The notes beneath the pieces were generated by a model. The model was given only the letters and a program-made list of their open reading frames with translations. It did no database searches and was not told where the DNA came from. Positions 1-9,185 of a DNA stretch of 64,000 nt are shown piece after piece (the first letter of the stretch is position 1; every line of letters starts with the position of its first letter). This DNA is from Alphaproteobacteria bacterium (GTDB lineage Bacteria > Pseudomonadota > Alphaproteobacteria > Bin95): assembly GCA_964291285.2 (NCBI GenBank), contig OZ219786.1, positions 864,001-928,000 of the forward strand. Reading direction: 5' to 3'. The position numbers and the translations under genes are program-made.

Positions 1-2
1 CG

Positions 3-1385
3 ACAACTGATGGCGAAACTCATCAGACTTCCACAAACTGGATTAGTACACCTGCTACAGATGTCGAACGGCGGCAAACACTCGCGCGCAATAGTAATGG
101 CGTGCCAAGCGAAGACATTCCGAGCGTCAGCCAAACACTGCGCGATCGCCAGCTATCCATTCCAATGGTGTCGCCATGCCTTACGGAAAGCCTAGCCATA
201 TTTCGCTACGAGGGTCGGAGGACGCAGGTTACCGAACGAAACGGCGTCCCCCGTTTCACCAACGAGTTCTGGACCTCGGGGCAGCGGAAGGCGAGCCGGT
301 TGCATGAGGTCAGCTACCGGGCCTGTTTCAAGCCGCAGCTCCCGGCCTTCTTCATCGAGCGGCTGACCCGGCCGGGCGACGCGGTTTACGACCCCTTCAT
401 GGGGCGCGGCACGACGCCCTTGCAGGCCGCGCTGATGGGCCGCCGGCCGGTCGGCTCGGACATCAACCCGCTCTCCGCCATGCTGCTCAGCCCCCGGCTC
501 GCGCCGCCTTCGCTCGAGGAAACCGCCGCGCGGCTGGCGGAGATACCGCCGGCCGCTGCCCTGCCGCCGGAAGGCCCGCTGCTGGACGACCTGCTGGTGT
601 TCTTCCACGAGGCCGTGCTGGCCCGCCTGGCAGCGCTCCGGGCGTGGTTCATCGACCGCGAGCGTGCCTGCGCCCTCGACAGCGTGGACGAATGGCTCCG
701 CATGGTCTGCCTCAACCGGCTGACCGGCCATTCCCCCGGCTTCTTCTCGGTCTATACGATGCCGCCCAACCAGGCGGTCGGGGCGGACCGGCAGCGCCTC
801 ATCAACGCCAAACGCGGGCAGACGCCGCCGCTCCGTGACGTGGACGCGCTCATCCTGCGCAAGAGCCGGTCGCTGCTCTCGACGGGCGCGCCGCCGCCGC
901 ACCCGCCGGCGCTGCTCGGCGCGGCCCCGGCGGAGGATGCCGCCTTCGTGCCGGACGGCTCGGTCGATCTTGTCGTCACCTCCCCGCCCTTCCTCGATGT
1001 GGTGGACTACCGCACGGACAACTGGCTGCGCTGCTGGTTCGCCGGCATCGACCTGGAGGCGGTGCCGATTGCCGCGCACAGGACGCCGGAAGCCTGGCGG
1101 GCCTTCGTCCATGCAAGCCTCCGGGACATCGCGCGCACGCTCCGCCCCGGCGGCTTCCTCGCCTTCGAGGTGGGCGAGGTGCGGGGCGGCAAGGTGCTGC
1201 TGGAGGACCATGTCACCGCGGCCGCCGGCGGCCTGCCGCTCGCCGTCGAGGGGGTGATGGTGAACGCGCAGAACTTCACCAAGACGGCGAATTGCTGGGG
1301 CGTGGCCAACAACCGCAAGGGCACCAACACCAACCGCATCGTGCTGATGCGGAAGACACATCGACCCGAACCCGCATTACACTAG
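3..1385 (+). CDS. Site-specific DNA methyltransferase (N4-cytosine/N6-adenine type), orphan within this window; may be 5'-partial
   Basis: SAM-binding motif VYDPFMGRGTT precedes catalytic VVTSPPF. The frame is open from position 3 (ORF track start 102), so the true start is uncertain. Confidence 0.85.
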   Translation, partial: TTDGETHQTSTNWISTPATDVERRQTLARNSNGVPSEDIPSVSQTLRDRQLSIPMVSPCLTESLAIFRYEGRRTQVTERNGVPRFTNEFWTSGQRKASRLHEVSYRACFKPQLPAFFIERLTRPGDAVYDPFMGRGTTPLQAALMGRRPVGSDINPLSAMLLSPRLAPPSLEETAARLAEIPPAAALPPEGPLLDDLLVFFHEAVLARLAALRAWFIDRERACALDSVDEWLRMVCLNRLTGHSPGFFSVYTMPPNQAVGADRQRLINAKRGQTPPLRDVDALILRKSRSLLSTGAPPPHPPALLGAAPAEDAAFVPDGSVDLVVTSPPFLDVVDYRTDNWLRCWFAGIDLEAVPIAAHRTPEAWRAFVHASLRDIARTLRPGGFLAFEVGEVRGGKVLLEDHVTAAAGGLPLAVEGVMVNAQNFTKTANCWGVANNRKGTNTNRIVLMRKTHRPEPALH

Positions 1386-1413
1386 GGGCGGCTCGAACGG
1401 GAGAAGACGGGAC

Positions 1414-2319
1414 ATGAAGGTTCTGGTGGTCGGGGGAACCGGCTTTATCGGGCGCCGGCTGGTGCCGCTGCTGGCGGCGCGGGGCGCGGAGGTCGTCGCG
1501 ATGGACATCGCGCCCGAGGCGGCGGATTTCGGCGACATGGCCGAGACGCGCAAGGGCGACGTGACGCAGTTCGACCAGGTGATGGCGCTCGTGGCGGAGG
1601 TGAAGCCCGACCGGCTGGTCAATCTCGCCTATTTCATCGGCGAGCTGCCGCCGCGCATCGCGCTCAAGCTCGACATTCTCGGCATGGGCAACTGCTTCGA
1701 GGCCGCCCGGCTCGGCGGCGTCGCGCACACCGTCTATGCGAGTTCGCTTGCGGTCAGCGGCCTCCAGAGCCATTTCGGCGAGCGCGCGGCGGACGAGGAC
1801 GACCACCGCTACGGTGACAACCAGTACGCCATGCACAAGATTTTCAACGAGTGGCAGGCGCGCGACTACACGGAGAAATACGGCATGGCGATCACCGGCA
1901 TCAGGCCGGCGAACGTGACCGGGCCCGACAAGATCTACGGGTCCATCGACCATGTGCGCTGCGTCACCTTCCCGGCCCGCGGCGAGCCCGTCAGCTTCCC
2001 CCATGCCGACGCGATGCGCGCGCCCGTCCATGTGGACGATGTGGCGGAGGCGTTCGCGCGCGTCTCGCTGGCCGAAGCGCCGCAGCACCGGATCTACAAT
2101 ACGGGCGGCCACGCCATCTCGATGGGCGATCTCGCGGCGCTGGTGCGCGAGTTCCTGCCGGACGCCGACATCTCCTTCGAGCAGGCGACCGGCGGGCGGG
2201 CCGGTTCCGGCAATTTCCTGATCGACAACAGCCGCCTGGTGGAGGAGTTCGCCCTGCAATACGCCCCCTTCCGGGACCGCGTACGCCAGATCATCGAGGC
2301 GGTGCAGGCGGAGGGCTGA
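1414..2319 (+). CDS. NAD-dependent epimerase/dehydratase (extended SDR)
   Basis: GGTGFIG Rossmann motif and YAMHK (YxxxK). Confidence 0.9.
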   Translation: MKVLVVGGTGFIGRRLVPLLAARGAEVVAMDIAPEAADFGDMAETRKGDVTQFDQVMALVAEVKPDRLVNLAYFIGELPPRIALKLDILGMGNCFEAARLGGVAHTVYASSLAVSGLQSHFGERAADEDDHRYGDNQYAMHKIFNEWQARDYTEKYGMAITGIRPANVTGPDKIYGSIDHVRCVTFPARGEPVSFPHADAMRAPVHVDDVAEAFARVSLAEAPQHRIYNTGGHAISMGDLAALVREFLPDADISFEQATGGRAGSGNFLIDNSRLVEEFALQYAPFRDRVRQIIEAVQAEG

Positions 2320-2434
2320 GGCGCGGCGCGCGGCCGCGGCACCTCTGTTCGTCACCCCGGGCCGCGATCCGGAGGCCGGGGTGGGCTATGTGCCGCGAGC
2401 AAAATATGAATGATTTCTAATATTTCTGACTTTT

Positions 2435-2476
2435 GTTCGTATTTTGATCTTGACATCTGGCGGATTGTGATATGAT
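2435..2476 (+). promoter_or_regulatory. Sigma70-type promoter (TTGACA plus extended -10 TGnTATGAT) preceded by a possible alphaproteobacterial LexA box
   Basis: TTGACA at 2450-2455 and TATGAT at 2471-2476 (short 15-nt spacer, TG extension), AT-rich upstream, GTTC-N7-GATC at 2435-2449. Confidence 0.5.
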
Positions 2477-2708
2477 GGTCCCCAGGGAAGCGGACTCCGG
2501 AGCCGCGTCCCCGGGTGCCGCACGGCCGAGCGGCGCCAGTTTTTGAAAACCCGTGAGAAGCCGACGGGAGACGTGTGTCCTCTGCCTCGCGCGCGCAATC
2601 AGGCGCGCGAACCGCGCCGCCGCGACACGCGCGCCGGCACGCGCACAGGCGCCCGCGCAGGATACGCGCGGAAAAGGGACCCGCTCCCCGTCGGAGCAAG
2701 GAGGAACG

Positions 2709-2948
2709 ATGACGGCAACCGACCCCCAACTGGCGGCGATGCCGGCCGAAAGGCTCGCGCCGGCCGCGGCCCTGGCCAGCGCCTGTGCGGAGGACGACCG
2801 CGCCGTCCGGGGCGACGGACAAGGGCCATGGGGCTGCGCCAGCCCGCAGACGGAAGGGAAGAGTCATGAAATGGAGCGTTATGCCCGGACGGGCTGCAGG
2901 GCATGCCCGCCGCACATGCAGATCATGACATCTCATGACATTCCATGA
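2709..2948 (+). CDS. Putative small protein (79 aa) within the repeat cassette
   Basis: Strong RBS AAGGAGG before ATG 2709. No recognisable domain, and the peptide is not conserved in copy 2. Confidence 0.3.
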   Translation: MTATDPQLAAMPAERLAPAAALASACAEDDRAVRGDGQGPWGCASPQTEGKSHEMERYARTGCRACPPHMQIMTSHDIP

Positions 2949-3003
2949 CACATGGCGAGGGAGGTCCGGCGCGCCTCATGACAAAACATGACATCTCATG
3001 ACA
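2924..3003 (+). repeat. Two triplets of CATGACA at exact 10-bp periodicity
   Basis: CATGACA starts at 2924, 2934, 2944 and at 2977, 2987, 2997. Confidence 0.95.
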
Positions 3004-3062
3004 TCTGCCGGGGAGGCCGGGCAGCCGCGCTTTCCGCGGCCTTTGCCGGAACCCGGTCCGGT

Positions 3063-4145
3063 TCAGCCGCGCAGCGCCGGGAGGACCTCGGTCTCGATCA
3101 GCTGCTTCGCGACCGGCCCGGCGCCGCCTCTGGCGCTGCGCCAATTGCCGTTGACGACGATCTTGTCGAGCCCGAGTTCCCGCAGCCGGAGGAGTCGTTC
3201 GAGAACCCGCTCCGGCGGTCCGACAGCGGCATATTCCCGGATAAACGCCGGCGTCAGCACCGCCGCCTGGGCAGACTCGTTCTCCGTGTGCCGATGCATG
3301 TCGTAGGCCCGGCGCATCGCCTCCATCACCGCGCGGCTCTCCTCGGAGAGCGGGCCGCTCGTCCGGCCGTGCATGACGGCGAAGCGCGCGAAGACGGTCA
3401 GGTTGCCGCGCACCATGTCCTGGGCGGTTTCCATGTCGGGGTGGCAGCCGCAGGAGACGTAGGCGCCGAAGCGCAGGCCCTCCGGATCGAGGCCGGCCGC
3501 CTCGCGCGCCGCCCGGGCGGTGGCGATGCCCCAGGCAATGCGCTCCGGCGAGGCGCCGAGCGCGAACATCACCCGGTCGGCCCGGCGCGCCGCGATGGCG
3601 ATAACCTTCGGTCCCGTCGCCGCGACCTCGACCGACGCCTTGCCGTCCCGCGCCGCAGCGCCGGCCATCCACCGGATGCGGCTCGCCTCCGGCGTCTCGG
3701 CGAGCGCCAGCGTCTCCACCGGCGGCGCGGATGCGGCCGGGATATCGACCAGCTCGTCGAACGCCACCTGGCCGCCCGACAGATAGGCCTGGAGGTGGGT
3801 GAGATAGCGCTCGAACTGCCCGAGCCGCGCCGGGGCCCGGCCGAGATGGGCGAGCGCGGAATCGCCGCGGCCGATGCCGAGCGTCATCCGCCCGCGCGAG
3901 ACGCTGTTGACCGTGGCCGCCGCCGAGGCCAGCACCGCGGCCGTCCGCGTGACCGGATTGGAAACGCCGGTGCCGAGCCTGAGGCGCCGGGTCACGGTGG
4001 CCGCCATGGCCAGCGCGACGAAGGAGTCGGCCGCGAGGTTCTGGGAATCGACGACATTGACGCCGTCCCAGCCGCTTTCCTCCAGCGCCCGCGCCTCGTG
4101 CAGAATGCCGCGCGGCGCGGGCATGCAATTGGTCCAGATTTCCAT
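3063..4145 (-). CDS. LLM-class (luciferase-like) flavin-dependent oxidoreductase
   Basis: RLRLGTGVSNPVTR, GRMTLGIGRGD and ATGPK motifs; start MEIWTN. Confidence 0.88.
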   Translation of the reverse strand: MEIWTNCMPAPRGILHEARALEESGWDGVNVVDSQNLAADSFVALAMAATVTRRLRLGTGVSNPVTRTAAVLASAAATVNSVSRGRMTLGIGRGDSALAHLGRAPARLGQFERYLTHLQAYLSGGQVAFDELVDIPAASAPPVETLALAETPEASRIRWMAGAAARDGKASVEVAATGPKVIAIAARRADRVMFALGASPERIAWGIATARAAREAAGLDPEGLRFGAYVSCGCHPDMETAQDMVRGNLTVFARFAVMHGRTSGPLSEESRAVMEAMRRAYDMHRHTENESAQAAVLTPAFIREYAAVGPPERVLERLLRLRELGLDKIVVNGNWRSARGGAGPVAKQLIETEVLPALRG

Positions 4146-4301
4146 GAGCCCCCGGCTCCCTCCCTGCGGGCAAGACACGCGGACCGGATTATTCCCGCTT
4201 CCGCGCTGCCCGCAACCGCCGGCCGTTTCCTTGCAGCGGCCGGTCGTGGCAGTCTCGGCGCCCGGGCCCGGTCCCCGCCGGGGCAATGCAGGAGTTGGAC
4301 C

Positions 4302-5171
4302 ATGAACCGACTGTTCACCGAAGCCGAGTCCGCCGACATCGTCATCGAACGGCTGGACGGCTGCGACGATCCCCGGTTCCGCGAAGTGATGGAGGCCGCC
4401 ATCCGGCACCTGCACGCCTTCGTGAAGGAGGTGGAGCCCACCGTGGAGGAATGGTCGCGGGCCATCGGGTTCCTGACGGCCACAGGGCAAATGTGCGACG
4501 ACCGGCGCCAGGAGTGGGTGCTGGCCTCCGACGTGCTCGGCGTTTCCATGCTGGTGGAGACCCTGAACAACCGTTCCGAGGGCGGCGCCACCGAGGCGAC
4601 GGTGCTCGGCCCCTTCCATGTGGAGGGCGCGCCGCAACTCGAGCCCGGCAGCAATATCTGCCGGGACGGCAAGGGTATGCCCTGCCTCGTCTCCGGGCGC
4701 GTCACCGATGGCGAAGGCCGGCCGCTCGCCGGGGTGAGCCTCGATATCTGGCAGACCAATGCGGACGGCTTCTACGACGTGCAGCAGCCGGAGCTGCAGC
4801 CGGAGATGAACCTTCGCGGGCGGTTCCTGACGGATGCGGACGGGCGTTACGCCTTCCGCACGGTGAGGCCGGTGTCATATCCGGTGCCGACTGACGGCCC
4901 TGTCGGGGACATATTGAAGCGCATGGGCCGCCACGCCTGGCGCCCGGCCCATATCCATTTCATCGCAAGCAAGCCCGGCTACCGGCGGCTCGTGACCCAC
5001 ATCTTCGCCCATGACGACCCCTATATCGACTCGGACGCCGTGTTCGGGGTCAAGGAGTCGCTGCTGGTCGAGTTCCGCGAGTGCAGCGACGGCGCACTCG
5101 CGCAGGAGCTCGGCGTGGAATCCCCCTTCTGCACCGCCGGGTTCGATATCCGGCTCGCCCGGGAAGACTGA
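4302..5171 (+). CDS. Intradiol ring-cleavage dioxygenase (hydroxyquinol/catechol 1,2-dioxygenase family)
   Basis: TEATVLGPFH, DIWQTNADGFYDVQ and WRPAHIHF motifs; RBS AGGAG before ATG 4302. Confidence 0.92.
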   Translation: MNRLFTEAESADIVIERLDGCDDPRFREVMEAAIRHLHAFVKEVEPTVEEWSRAIGFLTATGQMCDDRRQEWVLASDVLGVSMLVETLNNRSEGGATEATVLGPFHVEGAPQLEPGSNICRDGKGMPCLVSGRVTDGEGRPLAGVSLDIWQTNADGFYDVQQPELQPEMNLRGRFLTDADGRYAFRTVRPVSYPVPTDGPVGDILKRMGRHAWRPAHIHFIASKPGYRRLVTHIFAHDDPYIDSDAVFGVKESLLVEFRECSDGALAQELGVESPFCTAGFDIRLARED

Positions 5172-5184
5172 GGCCGGGCGGGGA

Positions 5185-6081
5185 TTACGGCGCGCGGACG
5201 AGCGCCGTGGCCTGCTCGGCGGAGAAGGCCTCCGCGCGGCCGCAGAACTGGCAGACCATCTCCAGCGAGCCGTCCTCCCGGCGCATGTCCTCCATCTCGC
5301 CGGCGGAAAGCGCGCGGAGCACGGTCTCCATCCGCGCCCGGCCGCCGCAGCGGCAGCCGTCGCGAAGCGGCTGCGGGGAATCGACGCGCAGCTCGTCGCG
5401 GTGGAAGAGGCGCAGCAGCAGCGCATCCCCCGGCAGGGCCGGATCGAGCAGCTCGTCCGGGCCGACGGTGAGCATGTAATGCCCGAGCCGGGTCCAGAGA
5501 TCGCCCGTCTCCTCCGGCGGATCCGGTTGTTCGTCCGGCAGCCGCTGGAGCATCAGCGCCGCCGCGCGCCAGGCCCCGCCGCGCCGGCCGCAGGCGGCCG
5601 CGAGGCAGGTGTCGATCTGCTCCGACTGGCGGAAATAATGCAGCACGGACTGCGCAAGGCCGCCCTTCGCCAGCTCGACCACGCCCTGGTAGCGCTCGCC
5701 GCCGTCTGCGGGATCGAATGTGAACGCCAGATAGCCGGCGCCGAACGGGGCGCCGCCGGCCTCTGCCGGCCCGGCCTCGCCGTCGAAGCCGGCGAAGCCG
5801 CGCATGAGCCCGGTCGCGTCTATGTCCGCCACCAGCCGGCGGATCGCGCCGTCGCCCTCGACCTGGAGCGTGAAGATGCCGCCCGCCTTGAGCGACTGCG
5901 AGAGCGCGGCCGCGATCGCCAGCGATTCGCCCAGCACTTCCGCCGCGGCATCGGGATAGGCGTGCCGGTCGAGGATGCGCGCGACTTCCGGCCCGAGGCG
6001 CACAAGACGGCCGCGCACCCTGGTGCCGGCCAGCCGGAAGGGCCTCACATAGTCGTCGCGAAGCGCCGCGCGGGCCTCCAT
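5185..6081 (-). CDS. hslO: Hsp33 redox-regulated chaperone
   Basis: YFRQSEQI motif; C-terminal CRC...CQFC zinc centre; adjacent to argF. Confidence 0.92.
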   Translation of the reverse strand: MEARAALRDDYVRPFRLAGTRVRGRLVRLGPEVARILDRHAYPDAAAEVLGESLAIAAALSQSLKAGGIFTLQVEGDGAIRRLVADIDATGLMRGFAGFDGEAGPAEAGGAPFGAGYLAFTFDPADGGERYQGVVELAKGGLAQSVLHYFRQSEQIDTCLAAACGRRGGAWRAAALMLQRLPDEQPDPPEETGDLWTRLGHYMLTVGPDELLDPALPGDALLLRLFHRDELRVDSPQPLRDGCRCGGRARMETVLRALSAGEMEDMRREDGSLEMVCQFCGRAEAFSAEQATALVRAP

Positions 6082-6090
6082 GCGCCGGCG

Positions 6091-6993
6091 CTACCGCCCG
6101 AGGCACCAGGCGAGAATGCCCTTCTGGGCGTGCAGCCGGTTTTCCGCCTCGTCCCAGACGACCGATTGTGGCCCGTCGATCACCGCGCCGGAAACCTCCT
6201 CGCCGCGGTGCGCCGGCAGGCAGTGCAGGAATATGGCGTCCGGCCGGGCCCCGGCCATCAGGCGCTCATCGACGCGATAGGGCGCCAGCAGATTGTGGCG
6301 GCTGTTCTCGCCGCCGTCGTTCATCGACACCCAGACGTCGGTGACGACCGCATGGGCATCGGACACGGCCGCCGCGGGGTCGTCGTGAAGGCTCACCCGC
6401 GCGCCGTTCGCTTCCGCCCAGGCGAGCGCGTCGGCCGGCGGGCGGCGCTCCGGCGGGCAGCCGACGGCGAAATCGAAATCGAAGCGCGCCGCGGCGTGGA
6501 TCCAGCTCGTCGCGACATTGTTGCCGTCGCCGCTCCAAGCGATGCGCTTGCCGGCAATGGCGCCGCGCTGCTCCTCGAAGGTCATCACATCCGCCATGAG
6601 CTGGCAGGGGTGCGAGCGGTCGGTCAGGCCGTTGATGACCGGCACCTCGGCATTGGCGGCCAGTTCGGTCAGCTTGTCGTGACTGTCGGTGCGGATCATG
6701 ATCGCATCGACATAGCGCGACAGCACCCGCGCCGTATCGGCCCAGCTCTCGCCGCGCTTGACCTGGGTTTCCTGGCCGGAAAGCACGATGACATGGCCGC
6801 CGAGCTGGCGCATGGCGACCTCGAAGGAGACGCGCGTGCGGGTCGAGGGCTGCTCGAAGATCATGGCGAGCGTCTTGCCCTCGAGCGGCCGGTCCGGGTC
6901 CCCCGCCTTGAAGGCGAGGGCCCGGTCGAGGATACGGCGGAGCGCGGCCCCGTCATAATCCTTGAGGTCGAGGAAGTGGCGCGGCGCGCTCAT
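6091..6993 (-). CDS. argF: Ornithine carbamoyltransferase
   Basis: [24 protein letters not shown] and EAENRLH motifs. Confidence 0.97.
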   Translation of the reverse strand: MSAPRHFLDLKDYDGAALRRILDRALAFKAGDPDRPLEGKTLAMIFEQPSTRTRVSFEVAMRQLGGHVIVLSGQETQVKRGESWADTARVLSRYVDAIMIRTDSHDKLTELAANAEVPVINGLTDRSHPCQLMADVMTFEEQRGAIAGKRIAWSGDGNNVATSWIHAAARFDFDFAVGCPPERRPPADALAWAEANGARVSLHDDPAAAVSDAHAVVTDVWVSMNDGGENSRHNLLAPYRVDERLMAGARPDAIFLHCLPAHRGEEVSGAVIDGPQSVVWDEAENRLHAQKGILAWCLGR

Positions 6994-6998
6994 GGTCC

Positions 6999-8180
6999 TC
7001 AAGCAGCGGCGGCGGCGAATTCCCGGCAAGCGCCTTCCACCATGCCGACCGCCTCGCCGACATGCGAGTCCTCGACGACGAGCGGCGGCAGCAGCCGCAC
7101 GACATTCTCGCCCGCCGGCACCGCGAGCAGCCCCTGGCGGCGCAGCGCGCCGACGAACTCGCCATTGGCGGGGCCGGTGCGCAACCCGACCATCATGCCC
7201 GTGCCGCGCACTTCCAGGATCGTGTCCGGGTAGCGCGCTTTGAGTCCTTCCAGGCGCCCGTGCAGATCGGCCGCGCGGGCCTGCACGGCTTCGAGAAAGC
7301 CCTCGGCCAGCAGCGCGTCGAGCACGGCGTTGACGACGGCCGTCGCCAGCGGGTTGCCGCCGAAGGTCGAGCCGTGCGTGCCGGCGACCATGCCGGAGGC
7401 CGCCTCTTCCGTCGCGAGGCAGGCGCCGACGGGGAAACCGCCGCCGAGGCCCTTGGCGAGCGCCATCACGTCCGGGCGGACGCCCACCCACTCATAGGCG
7501 AACAGCTTGCCGGTGCGGCCCATCCCGCACTGCACCTCGTCAAGGAACATCAGGAGGCCGAACTCGTCGCAGACCTCGCGCACGCCCTTCAGGTAGTCCG
7601 GGGACATCGGGCGGATGCCGCCCTCTCCCTGCACCGGCTCCACCAGGATGGCGCAGGTCTCGCCGGTGACGGCCGCGCGCAGCTCGTTGAGATTGCCGAA
7701 GGCGACCTGGTCGAAGCCCTCGGTGACCGGGCCGAAGCCCTTGTAGAGTTTCTCCTGGCCGGATGCGGCGATGGAGGCAAGCGAGCGGCCGTGGAAGCAG
7801 CCCTCGACCGTGATGATGCGGAAGCGCTCCGGCTCGCCCTTGTCGGCATAGTGCTTGCGCACGAGCTTGATGCCGCATTCGATGGCCTCGAGGCCGGAAT
7901 TGCAGAAGAAGACCGTGTCCGCGAAGCTGTTCTCGGTCAGTCGTCGCCCGGCTCGCTCCTGGTTGGGAATGTTGTACAGGTTCGAGGTATGCCAGAGCCG
8001 GCCGGCCTGATCCTGGAGCGCGGCGACAAGGCCGGGATGGGCGTGGCCGAGAGCGGTCACGGCGATCCCGCCGCCGAAGTCCAGGAACCGCCGCCCGTCG
8101 GACGCGAAGAGGTACGGGCCTTCGCCTTTCTCGAAAGCGATGTCCCGATCCCCGTAGGTCGGCATCAGGGGGGCGATCAC
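6999..8180 (-). CDS. argD: Acetylornithine aminotransferase
   Basis: Class III PLP motifs [24 protein letters not shown] and AKGLGGGFP; operon with argF. Confidence 0.95.
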   Translation of the reverse strand: MIAPLMPTYGDRDIAFEKGEGPYLFASDGRRFLDFGGGIAVTALGHAHPGLVAALQDQAGRLWHTSNLYNIPNQERAGRRLTENSFADTVFFCNSGLEAIECGIKLVRKHYADKGEPERFRIITVEGCFHGRSLASIAASGQEKLYKGFGPVTEGFDQVAFGNLNELRAAVTGETCAILVEPVQGEGGIRPMSPDYLKGVREVCDEFGLLMFLDEVQCGMGRTGKLFAYEWVGVRPDVMALAKGLGGGFPVGACLATEEAASGMVAGTHGSTFGGNPLATAVVNAVLDALLAEGFLEAVQARAADLHGRLEGLKARYPDTILEVRGTGMMVGLRTGPANGEFVGALRRQGLLAVPAGENVVRLLPPLVVEDSHVGEAVGMVEGACREFAAAAA

Positions 8181-8291
8181 GATCGGGTCTCCTTCAAGGG
8201 TTCTTCAAACATGCGTCCCCGCCGCGAGCCGGCGGGGAAGGCCGCAATAAGTGGTTCCCGGAGGCTTCATGTCAATGGTCCGGTTCGAGCG

Positions 8292-9017
8292 TCAGTCCTC
8301 GCGCACGCCGGCGGCGAGGTAGCCCCCGTCCACCGGCAGCACGACGCCGTTGACATAGGCCGCCGCCTCGCCGGCGAGGAACACCGCCGCATCAGCCATC
8401 TCCTCGCAGAGGCCGTAGCGCGCCGCCGGGATCATGCGGTGATAGTTCGCGCGGGCCGCGGGCGTGTGGTGGACCCGGGTGAGTTCGGTATCGACCGGCC
8501 CCGGCGCAATCGCATTCACCGTGATGCCGAAGGGCGCAAGCTCGTGGGCTGCCTGCTGCGTGAGTGCAACGACCCCGGCCTTGGAGATGCCGTAGGCCAT
8601 CCGCTCGGCGCCGGCGCGCACGCCGGAGATCGAGGCGATATTGACGATGCGCCCGTAGCCGGCCTCGACCATGGGGCGCGCCGCTTCCTGCAGGCAGTAG
8701 AAGCTGCCGTAGAGGTTGACCCGGAGTACGCGATCGAAGTCTTCCGGCGTTACATCGAAAATGGCATGGCGGACGCTGATGCCCGCGACATTGGCCAGAA
8801 TGTCGATGCGACCGTGGCGCGCGACCGTCTCGGCGACCAGCCGCCCGGCGTCCTCCGGCCTCGAGACGTCGATGACGAGGCCGTCGGGCCCGAGCCCGTC
8901 CGTCTTCATGTCAGCCGCCACCACCTCTGCTCCTTCGGCCCGGAAGGCCGCGGCAATCGCCCCGCCTATCCCGCCGCCGGCGCCCGTCACCGCCGCAACC
9001 CGCCCTTGCAAACGCAT
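8292..9017 (-). CDS. SDR family oxidoreductase
   Basis: TGAGGGIG, NVAG, YGISK and NAIAPG motifs. Confidence 0.92.
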   Translation of the reverse strand: MRLQGRVAAVTGAGGGIGGAIAAAFRAEGAEVVAADMKTDGLGPDGLVIDVSRPEDAGRLVAETVARHGRIDILANVAGISVRHAIFDVTPEDFDRVLRVNLYGSFYCLQEAARPMVEAGYGRIVNIASISGVRAGAERMAYGISKAGVVALTQQAAHELAPFGITVNAIAPGPVDTELTRVHHTPAARANYHRMIPAARYGLCEEMADAAVFLAGEAAAYVNGVVLPVDGGYLAAGVRED

Positions 9018-9185
9018 CGCTCTTCTTTCCTTGTCCGCGAAAATCCAGGACCCGGCAGCCGATCCCGCGCCGGGACCCAACGAGGCTAACACATGCTTGC
9101 CGCACAACGGATCGAAGGCCTGCAAATGCGCGCGCGGCAGGATTAGAATAGGCTGTTTCGCCGTATTCGCCGGGAGGTAAGGCGT

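Larger units (their letters stand above)
2400..3005 (+). repeat. Dispersed cassette-like repeat, copy 1 (homologous to 11955-14090 on the minus strand)
   Basis: Collinear shared motifs: promoter, GAAGCGG..TCCGGAG..CCGC hairpin, AGCCGACrGGAGAsGTG, GCGCAATCAGGyGCGCGAACCGCGCCG, GATACGCGCG, AGGAACGATG, CATGCAGATCATGACAT. Confidence 0.8.

Noticed and set aside
2924-3003. CATGACA arrays as a CRISPR array
   Set aside because: The units are 7 bp with 3-nt linkers, there are no spacer-sized unique segments, and no cas genes are present.
2988-4301. Apparent 727-aa fusion N-terminal to the dioxygenase
   Set aside because: The extension is the antisense shadow of the LLM gene; the real start is ATG 4302 with an RBS.
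5011-9089. Long ORFs antisense to or overlapping real genes (e.g. 5011-7233, 7062-9089, 15183-17810, 19161-21614, 37416-39857)
   Set aside because: These are shadow ORFs expected at high GC; the opposite strand or another frame carries the recognisable conserved genes.
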